From: Marsupella aquatica
Lineage: Eukaryota; Plantae; Marchantiophyta
DNA: 64,000 nt
Direction of reading: 5' to 3'
Assembly: GCA_973895155.1 (NCBI GenBank)
Contig: OZ316894.1
Coordinates: 21,049,767-21,113,766 of the forward strand
The translations under genes were made by a program, and so were the position numbers. Of the stretch, positions 30,855 to 40,794 are shown piece by piece. Below the pieces are notes generated by a model. It saw only the letters and a program-made list of their open reading frames with translations. It was not told where the DNA came from and searched no databases. Every line of letters begins with the position of its first letter. Within the stretch, counting starts at the first letter, position 1.

Positions 30855-33540
30855 TTACACATGAAGGTGTCATTTGATAATAGCACCTGATGCTTTTATC
30901 AATCAATACATGTTTTTTTTGCATCTAGAGCTATTATGATTTTTCCTAGATTTAATCCAAGAGTTTAATCTTCATGACCTATAAACACATTAAATTAGGC
31001 CAATTTGTATAGTAGAGTATGACATTACTATCATATTTTTCTTGTTCTATGCTAAATATTTTGGGGTCACAAGAGAGCATCAAACTTTAATCCTATTGTA
31101 GTTCAAAACTTTTCTCATTTTTTTAAGCACCTCACCCTCTTATGAGAATAATTTAAAAGTTATTCTAAGAACTTTTGTGAAGATAACAACAACCCACATT
31201 TATAGAATCAACAACTTCAAAAATAAATGATGTTTGTGGTTTGAAAAAATAACTTTAATAGTAGTCAAATTAATATTTTTCCAAATCTCTTGCGAAACAA
31301 AGATTAAGATTAGACTTGGTTTTCTAATTTCATCCCATTTGTGTATCTATCCGTCACATGGGTTCAAAATTTTTTGTTACCTATGTGAAGTTATATCCGT
31401 ACATTGATATTTATGTTTGAAAAGTTACAAAAAAATCAATGAGATTTTCCTAATAAAGGTTTGATATAATTAGAAATTAGATATAAACAATCCTTTCACA
31501 TGAAGATTTTTTTGGCCAAGATCATGCCCTTACATAAGCACTATTTTGATCATCTTGATGATGATGTACACTTTAAGTCTTCTTCTTAGAATTCAAAGAG
31601 GATCGGATTTGGCCAAATGCAAGATATACGCACTTGGTTTGTAGGACAAATATATTGCATTATTGTAAGCTTTCAACAAATATAGAAATTTATTGTATGT
31701 TAATTGTAAATCTTATCACTATGTAAAGACTGTGATGGTTTTTGGTTTGCATCAAGAGAGGGTGCACCAAAATGCTAAATATCCACTGAAAAAATATTAA
31801 ATTACAATAAACCATGCACATTTTGTTTGCCTAACATGTGATATAATTTGCTACTTATAATCCTTGCAACTAATAATTGTAAAGACATATTATTGTATTT
31901 TGGCTAGTGCCCGATGCTAGCAATCTTATGCTGATGACCCATTATGATAAATTAAAGTAAGGTTTTTTGAAGACAAAAAAAGGTGGCCTAGAATATAGAA
32001 TATTTTCAAAAGTTATGTATCGGCGCATTGTGTTGCATTTGAACTTGCATTTTGCTGTGACCAGGCTCGGTGAAACATCGGCAAAATGGGAGAAAATTGG
32101 GCAGACATGCTGCGTAAAATCAAGAATTTAAAAGAAAACAAAGATAAGTACGGGAACAAGTCAAGGAGGATGCCTCCGTGTGGGCTCCTCCTTACATCAG
32201 TGTGGTATCAGGAGAGCTAATTCAGTTATTGAAGGGGGCCAGCCCCTTTCTAATTAACCTTTTTTAGTGTCGTAAGTAGTAATACCTGTTATATTTTCGT
32301 GAATCTATTGGCTGTCAAACTTGGCAAAACCAGAGCTCAAATCAGAGCTCTATGCAATAGAGTTTTTGCTTCAAGAAACTCTAGTGCACATTGTGCAAAT
32401 AAATATATTTTGTTTAGTAGGACTAGAAGATGCAAATGGCTCCTTAGAAAATATAAAAATTTGAGCCAAGAATTGTCCAATCAATACGTTCTATGACCTG
32501 CCTACTTTAACTTATTCAAAATTAAATAAAGTTAGAGTTATCCTATCTAGAAAGTACTATTTATGATGTTATTGTAAGGTGTGTTTGAATTAAACAAGGT
32601 GTTTACTTGCCTTTGGTGAGAGATAAAGCAAGTGAAATGGGGAGGGATTCCCTAGTCATTTAACATTTGAATTTAATAATGTGTTGTATTGTCTTGGATG
32701 AGAGAAAGCTATTGATGTGGCATAAAAGGGGACAAATGATAACAATACCCAATTGGAATCAGGTATGGTGACAGTTCATGTACTTATAATGTATAATACA
32801 ATATTTTGTGATTCAAATGGAGTAAGTTAACTTTGGATCCCTCCATCTATTTGGAGTGGCTCTCTATTTAAGTGACACACTAGTTGATTTATAAACCATA
32901 ATCATTGTAAACTTTCAACCAATGGATATATAAATTACACTGCATGGTTGTATAGAGTACAAGTGTAGTTGCCTAGTTGAGCTTGAAAATATAAAACTTT
33001 CACATGCAAACAATGGGCCGTGCTAATAAAGAAAAAACCTACCTACTGAAAACAAAGAAATTAAAGGGGTTGAACTAAATTAGTAAAGTGAAAATAATTC
33101 ATATGAGAAGCATATAATAAACTAAATTAATATGAAAACACATTGCAAATAATTTGAAAAGACAAAATAGCCAAACTATGTTTGATCATATAGCAGACTC
33201 AAAAACAATTTGCGCCAAGAATTGCCCCATCAGTATAATCTACTGGTACTAGGCACTAAGGTGTCATTTGATAATAGCACATACTACTTTTATCAATCAA
33301 TGCATCAAATAAATATGATTTATAATAGCACCTAGTGCTATTATACATTCTACAATAAATTTTAGGACTATTGAGATAACCAATAGGCACTAAATTAGGG
33401 ATTATATCATATTAATATATTAATTTTGTCTCAATTTTTTTTTGCATCTAGAGCTATTATGAGATTTGTTCCTAGATTTAATCCAAGAGTTTAATCTTCA
33501 TGACCTTTAAACACATTAGATTAGGCCAATTTGTATAGTC
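30855..33540 (+). repeat. Direct repeat pair (30855-31012 and 33258-33540)
   Basis: aaggtgtcatttgataatagcac...tttatcaatcaat and tttgcatctagagctattatga...ctagatttaatccaagagtttaatcttcatgacct.taaacacatta.attaggccaatttgtatagt occur at both sites; a partial third copy lies at ~17496-17526. Confidence 0.8.
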
Positions 33541-34350
33541 CAAATTCTTCATTCTTCTCAGCATCTCTTCCCAATTTTCTCCCTTTTTGCGACCCCAATC
33601 TTTGCAGGGAATACGACTCTTAGATGTCAATAAGCTAGAACTCTATTGCAAAGCACTAATTCGAGCTTTGATTTTCCCAAGTTTGAAAGCCAGTATATTC
33701 ACTAAAATATAACTGGTAATACTACTAACCACACAAGGAAAAGGTTGATTAGGAAGGGGATGGCCGCCTCTTCAAGAACTGAAGTTGCTCCCCTGCTACC
33801 ACACTGATGTAAGGAGGAGCCCACACAGAGGCATCCTCCTTGGATGGTTCAGTGTGAACCCTAAACTCCTATTTGCAAACTTGGGAAAACCAAAGCTCAA
33901 ATCAGAGCACTTTGCAATAGAGTTCTAGCTTTGAGTAACTCTAGTGCACACTGTTCAAATAAGTATGTCTTGTTCAGTAGAACCAAAAAATGCACCAAAA
34001 AATGCAGGCGGCTTTTACAACAATACAAAAATTTGCGGGAACCATTGGCGGATCAATATAACCTACTGGTCATAGGCCAAAATGTCGAAAATGAATTGAT
34101 TTAGAGCCGCTCCATGTACTCGTCAACAACATCTGCCAAACCAGGCATTCTATTTACATCTCTCGAAGAAAAAGACGGTCGAAGCTGGCCATCCATATTT
34201 CAACTCCTTGGCTCCTCTGTCATTAACCTGGCAGTAGTTTACCGAACAAAAAACTCGAGGTTGACATTTCAAGAGAAGGAAACACGAGAGAACACAAAGA
34301 GAAAGCAGAATCAATTTTTGACGAGGAGCTGTGGTGATGGGGACGAGTAG
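32085..34350. pseudogene. Decayed unknown coding sequence present as three rearranged partial copies
   Basis: 32085-32500 (+) is mirrored in inverted orientation at 33541-33845 and repeated directly at 33875-34070. Both plus-strand copies keep the peptide KLGKT(R/K)AQIRALCNRV.A..NSSAHC.NKY.LFSRT..C..LL..YKNL despite many nucleotide differences. Confidence 0.45.
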
Positions 34351-36049
34351 GACAACCAATGAGGCCGTTGAAACTCCAGGTATTTTCTTCATTTTCTACT
34401 CGCTTTAGGTGGATTCGATCTGAGTCTTCTTCTCTGTTCCAAAAACGCTTCTCTACAAGCGAGACGTCGAAATTCATGCGAACAAGGCAGATCTGTAACC
34501 TTTACAAGACTGACTTCAGATCAATTGCTTGAATTTCTTGTAGACTTTTACGCTGCACTCATGGGTGGTTCTCCTTGTTACTGGCAGGATCTTGCACCTG
34601 CTAGGGCTTGCGCAGACTTCGTTCTTTGTAATTGTGTCCTGCATTGGGTGATAATGGACTTCGTGGGTTGAGCACAAAAGGTCCCTTTTTGAGATCGTAG
34701 AATTCAGTTTGAATATTTGCTCTCTTGAGGTGCAAGTCCACTATTGAAAAGCGTCGGGGTGACATATTCAGCCTGCCTCAAAGAGTGTGCGGTTGAATTG
34801 GCTTTAAAGTGCAATCAGTATTTGTATAGCTACATTGGTAAACTGCCGGCCAAGTTGGTGTTTGATGTTGCTGAAAGAATTCTGCAGCACATTTTTTGTG
34901 ATTGCCAGAAAGGTCTTGTACTTCTAGCTTCAATTGTTGGCGAACTGCCTGAGTAGGTTGGGCAGACTACTTTGTTGACATGGACGAGAGACTGACAGGA
35001 CGTCGAAAACTAGTCTGCATTTTGTGCTTGTTGAATTGTATCCTTTCGGCTAGAGTAAGAAATAGAAATTAATTGCTACGTCTTTACCGTAATTAAACTG
35101 AAACACATTTTGCAAAAGAATTACCTCCCGGAATGGGTATTGGCCTAGTGTTGCGGCTGACATCATATCACCATAGAGAAGCATATATTTAGATGTGTTC
35201 TCAGAATACCTCGGTACCTGGGTAAGAGAAGGAGTTGTCCAAAATTTGTATTATGTTCCTACAATTGAATAGCATCTTCTTGCTTTTGTAGGATTACCAC
35301 AATCATCGGATTGTATACTAATCTTTTGAAACTGGGGCGTGTCTTGTAATGACTTTGCAACACTCGTTTATATTAGGTTTTCCTTGTTTGGAAGGAAAGG
35401 CATGTATGTTGATAAGACCTGATGGAATTGACCCCCAGTATTCCACATTCGGGCTGATTTTACTTTTCTTGGGAGTTGTCTGTCTCATGGTAGAAACCTT
35501 AGAGACTGACAGCAGACATCACATCGAGTTACCGAGGTTGATTTCGATGTGTAGAACACACAATGTTGCAGCTCCTGCCTGGGAATGCTAAATGTCGATG
35601 TCATCCATTAGCCCTGAGATTGGGCTTAGGTTTGAGATCGTTGATAGTTCACAATAATCATCCAATGACATCGAAGCTCATTCTATTTTAATTGTTTGAC
35701 AATTTATCTTGAGGTAAATATGTTGACTGCGTAAGCTACCAAGACAGTGGCCTCTGCTGATCCTCCGGGCCCACTTAACAAAGCACTCTTGAAGAGCTTT
35801 CGGTCAAGGAGTGTTCAGAAAACATCGTCCACTGTTGTAGAATTGACCAAGCATTTCGTCACTGGGGTCATTCCCTAATGTTTACCTTTAGCTATTGAGA
35901 TTGAACGCGATCCCCCGGATTGAAGTCCCATCCCGGCCGCGCCTTTTGATTTGATGGTTTGGAATAGTAACCACATCCTGTAGCTCCCTGCGAGATGAAA
36001 TGAAGGGTGCAACAGCAAAGAAAATTTGTACTCTGATAGGTGGGTCCCT

Positions 36050-37250
36050 TATCTGAATCATGAGGCTGGGACGTCAAGCTGACAATCTCATTCACAAAAG
36101 CCAAACAAAAGCCACTGCACCAAAAGATGAGTTCCTACAGGATCAAATTAAGTTGTCAATCCAGGTTTTGCACAAGACTGTTTTTTTCTCTTTCTAGCCT
36201 CTCAAACTAGCTTATGCACTTTTGGGGTCCCCAGATTGCGATCGATGGGGCTGATTCCTCTTCAACATATCTATCTCCGCAAAAAAGGCCTCCGACATAT
36301 CTATCTATTAAGACAGCGATGACACAGAAGCTCATGAAGTACAAAACGGCCCACCAGTGAATTGAACTGACGGCATTGGTCCCCAACCAATTTTGCCAAT
36401 TGCCTATAACTAGTAAGTTGACCAACGTGACCATTCCTGTTGCGTAATCGTTGAAGTTGTGCACCAGGTAGCACTCTCTTCCATGGGTGTTCCTATCACA
36501 TTAGGATTACCCTCATACACCAGCCCGCCAATTGTGTGGACCCCAGTCAGTGGTGCAGTCGATACACAACAGGAGAAAGATGATGCCCAAATATGGTAGA
36601 AGATCGGGAATCAAGTTCAGGATTGTCGTCAACTTCACTCCGAATATTTCCATCAGACACCTATACAAGTTGCAGAAGACTTGCTATCAGAAGATATCGA
36701 ATCCACTCTGAGTTTAAGATAAGGGAGACCACTCTGAATGCCAGTGTCTTTCCAATAACTATGATCCAAGTGATGCAGTAATCGAATCTGTTTGTCCCTG
36801 ACCGACAGTAGTTGGTGAACGACACAAATACTTTCAGGACCAACTCCACCAGATGAATCGATCCAAAGCTTAGCTCAACTCCTTGGCAGACATTTTAATC
36901 CACATCATCCTCTAAATCCAATGTTGTCTCGATAATAGCAAAAATCAAGTTCAGGGCCAGCATTCCTAGTATAACATCCTCAAAAGTCTAAGCATTCGGT
37001 AAAATACTAAGAATTGTAGAACGCTGGGAACTCTTCAAGTCATTAAGGCTGGTCATTCTAATCAAAATTTGAGTGACATTGCAGCGCAAAGACCTGTCAT
37101 CCCTGTCATCCAAGGAAATAAAGACTGCTTCCAGGTCCTCATCCTTAATTTGTGGTCCTGTACGTGTTCAGCTGCTTGAAAAGCCTTGAACACTGATGAA
37201 GATCCAAGTAAAAGACAAAAAATTGTTGTCATTTACCTTGTGTGATAGGC
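36050..37250 (-). pseudogene. TPC1: Two-pore channel (TPC1-like) pseudogene, EF-hand to second pore domain
   Basis: Collinear fragments: LDLHQCSRLFKQLNTYR, QIKDEDLEAVFISLDD, NLIFAIIETTLDLE, ELVLKVF..FTNYCRSGTNRFDYCITWIIVIG, NSEWIRYLLIA, HNFNDYATGMVTLVNLLVIGNWQNW, WWAVLYFMSF, VAFV. Many stops and frameshifts; largely intron-free; N-terminal half absent. Confidence 0.85.
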
Positions 37251-37539
37251 TCCTCCACACCAGACTTCCTGCTTCCCGATTGTTTGTCATATGAAGGATT
37301 GAGAATGGCTTTACTGCTCGTGGACGAAGCATTCTTTCAGCCTAGTAAGGGCTAGTTCCACCTCAAAGTTTCTGTCAAAGAACTGCCATCTCTGAGGGCT
37401 CCAAAATAACCTCCCAAGATTTTTGCTTTTAATGTATGCCCTTCATCATGGAAGCAACGATGATCTCATTATGTCTGGGCTGCAAGTGAGTTCTGTTAAC
37501 ACTCGCTTTCGAGCCAGCCCAACACAGGTTTTAATTTGG

Positions 37540-40500
37540 TCACCAGTAATCACCACAAGAACACACACCATCTTTGAAATGGTGAAAGCGATTTGCATCC
37601 CTCGCTATAATTTCGCGTCCTGTCACCTTAGACATAAACTTGGTTGCTGTATGGCAATCTGGACACACCCGAAGGTTCTTCCATACACGAATTGGTCTTC
37701 CCCGAGGTATGTGCATAAGTCCGTAAGCAATAGCCAGCTTCTCACTATGAGAGCAAAGCGCTAGTTCTTTATCCTCCTCATTGATATCATGCAACACAAG
37801 CCGTGTATCCGGAATGTAGCCTTCAGCCTTCAGTTTTTCCGTCAATCTATTGAGCTCAGTGTATATCGCCTTCGCTTCTGGATGAGATGTATCCCCTACA
37901 ACAAATTCATGGACCTTGTTATTAACTCCAATCCAGCTACGCCCTGGCTCCTTCCGAACACCGCTCTCGTGCATCATAGTGCGAACCAAAGACACCTTCT
38001 CCCACTTGCCAGCTGCAGCATACATGTTCGACAGAAGCACATAGGTAGATGCCTTACTGGGTTCCAACTTGAAAAGTTTGTCGGCGGCAAGTTCGCCCAA
38101 CTGCACGTTAAGGTAAGTTCTACAAGCCCCAAGCAAGGCTGTCCAAGTTACTCGATCTGGTTCAACTGACATGTCGCTAATGAAGAGATGAGCTTCTTCC
38201 AAGTGCCCGGCCCGCCCAAGAAGATCCACCATGCAGTTATAGTGCTGAATGTCAGGCTCGATGCCATAATCTTGCCTCATAGCTGAAAAGAGTCTACAGC
38301 CATCATCAATAAGGCCTCCGTGACAACAGGCTGACAACACTGCCACGAATGAAGCCCTGTCGGGCTTCACACCGTCTGCGGTCATTTTCCTAAAGAGTTC
38401 CAGGGCTTCATTCCCGCATCCATGTTGTGCAAGTCCACCGATCATTACAGTCCAGGTGACTACGTTGCGTTGCTCCATTCTGTCAAAAACCAGTCGGGCG
38501 TCATTGATGCTGCCACTCTCTGCATACATGTGAACCAGTGCACTGCCCACACGCAAATCCAACTCCAGTCCAGCTTTGCTAGCATGGCCATGAACCTCCT
38601 TCACCCACTCCAAAGCCCCCTCACTTGCAGATGCATTCAGGATACTTAGATAAGTGATTGAATTTGGTTCGAAGCCTTCGCGTCTCATTTGGAGAAACAG
38701 TCGATATGCTTCATGCCCACATCCATGTTTTGCAAGTCCACCGATCATTACATTCCATGTGACTACATCGCGTTTCTCCATTCTATCAAAGGCCAATCGG
38801 GCGTCATCGATGCTGCCACACTCTGCATACATGTGAACCAGCGCACTACCCACACGCAAATCTAACTCCAGTCCAACTTTGCTAGCATGGCCATGAACCT
38901 CCTTCACCCACTCCAAAGTCCCCTCACTTGCAGATGTATTGAGAAGACTAGCATAAGTGAATGCATTTGGTTCGAAGCCTTCGCGTCTCATTTGGAGAAA
39001 CTCTCGATATGCTTCATGCCCACATCCCTGTTGTGCAAGTCCACCGATCATCACAGTCCATGTGACTACATCGCGTTTCTCCATTCTGTCAAAAACAAGT
39101 CGGGCGTCATATATCTTGCCACTCTTTGCATACATGTGAACCAGGGCACTGCCCACATGCAAATCTGAGTCCAGTCCCGCTTTGCTAGCATGGCCATGAA
39201 CTTCTTTCACCCACTCCAAAGCCCCCTCACTTGTAGATGCATTCAGAATACTCAGATAAGTGATTGCATTTGGTTCGAAGCCTTTCCGTCTCATTTGGAG
39301 AAACAGTCGATATGCTTCATGCCCACATCCATGTTTTGCAAGTCCACCGATCATTACATTCCAAGTGACTAAATTGCGTTGCTCCATTCTGTCAAAAACC
39401 AGTCGTGCGTCATCTATGCTGCCGCTCTCTGCATACATGTGAACCAGTGCACTGCCCACACGCAAATCCAACTCCAGTCCAGCTCTGCTAGCATGGCCAT
39501 GAACCTCCCTCACCCAGTCCAAAGCCCCCGCACTTGCAGATGCATTCAGAATATTAGCATAAGTGACTGCATTTGGTTCGAAGCCTTCGCGTCTCATTTG
39601 GAGAAACTCTCGATATGCTTCATGCCCACATCCTTCTTGTGCAAGTCCACCGATCATTGCATTCCATGTGACTACATCGCGTTTCTCCATTCCGTCAAAA
39701 ACCAGTCGGGCGTCATCTATACTACCACTCTTTGCATACATGTGAACCAGTGCATTGCCCACACGCACATCTGAGTCCAGTCCCGCTTTGCTAGCATAGC
39801 CATGAACCTCCTTCACCCACTCCAAAGCCCCCTCACTTGCAGATGCATTCAAAATACTCAGATAAGTGATTGCGTTTGGTTCGAAGCCTTCATGTCGCAT
39901 TTGGAGAAACAGCCGATATGCTTCCACACCATGACCACGTTCTGCATATGCTCTAAGCATTGCAGTCCATGTTATGACATTTCGATTGGTCAACTTTTCA
40001 AAAACTTGCCTTGCCTCGGTGATGCACCCACATTTTGCATACATCTGTAGAAGGGCAGTCCCTACGCGCACATCCGATTCAAAACCGGCACGTCGAACAT
40101 ACACATGAACTTCTTTTCCCCATTTTAGAGCTAGTGGGTTAGCACATGCCTTCAGGATGCCCAGATATGTTATCTCATTAGGCTGCACACCTTCTTGGCG
40201 CATTTCATGCAAAAGTTCTAGTGCAGATTCAACATGATCGCTCGTAGCATATCCTGCAATCATGTTGGTCCAAGTAATAACACTCTTCTTCTCAAGTTGA
40301 TCAAAAACTCTGCGTGCATCCAGTAGTGCTCCGCATTTGATATACACATTCAAGAGAGTGATTGCCACATGTGGATTCTTATCAGTTCCACTCTCGGTAA
40401 TGCAATCATGTACCTGCTTGGCCGCTGAAAGGTCTTTCTGTTGCAAGCACATTTGCAGAACTGTAACATATGTGTATGGGTCTATAATAATGCCTCGTTG

Positions 40501-40794
40501 TAGACGATTCTTCATTACAGCAATTCTGTCACTCGCGGTACCAACATCACGCATCTGCCTACTGCCATACTCTTGTGCAGTGACTTGAGACCAATCTCTC
40601 GTACTGTAACTAAGACGAGATTGCAATCTGCATTGAGTATTTAAATTCGCACTTGTCTTAGTCCATGCTGGAGTTGACCATCCATCCACCCAAAGTGCTT
40701 TCCTTGTCGTATTATGAATGAACTCATGTGCTCTGGGCTTCTTCTGTCGGCACCATAACCCACCATTAGATCTGGAAAGCCTGACTGATACCAA
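37540..40794 (-). CDS. PLS-class PPR protein with E1/E2 and DYW deaminase domain (organellar C-to-U RNA-editing factor)
   Basis: 1084-codon ORF with 23 P/L/S motifs, PG box (KEPGRSWI), HSEKLA, CPDCH and terminal DYW. The ORF opens at TTG and the first ATG is at 40554, so the true start may lie in an upstream exon. Confidence 0.95.
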   Translation of the reverse strand: MVSVRLSRSNGGLWCRQKKPRAHEFIHNTTRKALWVDGWSTPAWTKTSANLNTQCRLQSRLSYSTRDWSQVTAQEYGSRQMRDVGTASDRIAVMKNRLQRGIIIDPYTYVTVLQMCLQQKDLSAAKQVHDCITESGTDKNPHVAITLLNVYIKCGALLDARRVFDQLEKKSVITWTNMIAGYATSDHVESALELLHEMRQEGVQPNEITYLGILKACANPLALKWGKEVHVYVRRAGFESDVRVGTALLQMYAKCGCITEARQVFEKLTNRNVITWTAMLRAYAERGHGVEAYRLFLQMRHEGFEPNAITYLSILNASASEGALEWVKEVHGYASKAGLDSDVRVGNALVHMYAKSGSIDDARLVFDGMEKRDVVTWNAMIGGLAQEGCGHEAYREFLQMRREGFEPNAVTYANILNASASAGALDWVREVHGHASRAGLELDLRVGSALVHMYAESGSIDDARLVFDRMEQRNLVTWNVMIGGLAKHGCGHEAYRLFLQMRRKGFEPNAITYLSILNASTSEGALEWVKEVHGHASKAGLDSDLHVGSALVHMYAKSGKIYDARLVFDRMEKRDVVTWTVMIGGLAQQGCGHEAYREFLQMRREGFEPNAFTYASLLNTSASEGTLEWVKEVHGHASKVGLELDLRVGSALVHMYAECGSIDDARLAFDRMEKRDVVTWNVMIGGLAKHGCGHEAYRLFLQMRREGFEPNSITYLSILNASASEGALEWVKEVHGHASKAGLELDLRVGSALVHMYAESGSINDARLVFDRMEQRNVVTWTVMIGGLAQHGCGNEALELFRKMTADGVKPDRASFVAVLSACCHGGLIDDGCRLFSAMRQDYGIEPDIQHYNCMVDLLGRAGHLEEAHLFISDMSVEPDRVTWTALLGACRTYLNVQLGELAADKLFKLEPSKASTYVLLSNMYAAAGKWEKVSLVRTMMHESGVRKEPGRSWIGVNNKVHEFVVGDTSHPEAKAIYTELNRLTEKLKAEGYIPDTRLVLHDINEEDKELALCSHSEKLAIAYGLMHIPRGRPIRVWKNLRVCPDCHTATKFMSKVTGREIIARDANRFHHFKDGVCSCGDYW
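38400..39990 (-). repeat. Near-identical 303-bp (101-aa PLS triplet) tandem repeats in the PPR gene
   Basis: gcatacatgtgaaccag recurs at ~38522, 38825, 39128, 39431 and 39734, a 303-bp period. Confidence 0.9.

Noticed and set aside
37789-40050. Repeated plus-strand 60-130 aa ORFs
   Set aside because: Antisense by-products of the 303-bp PPR repeats.
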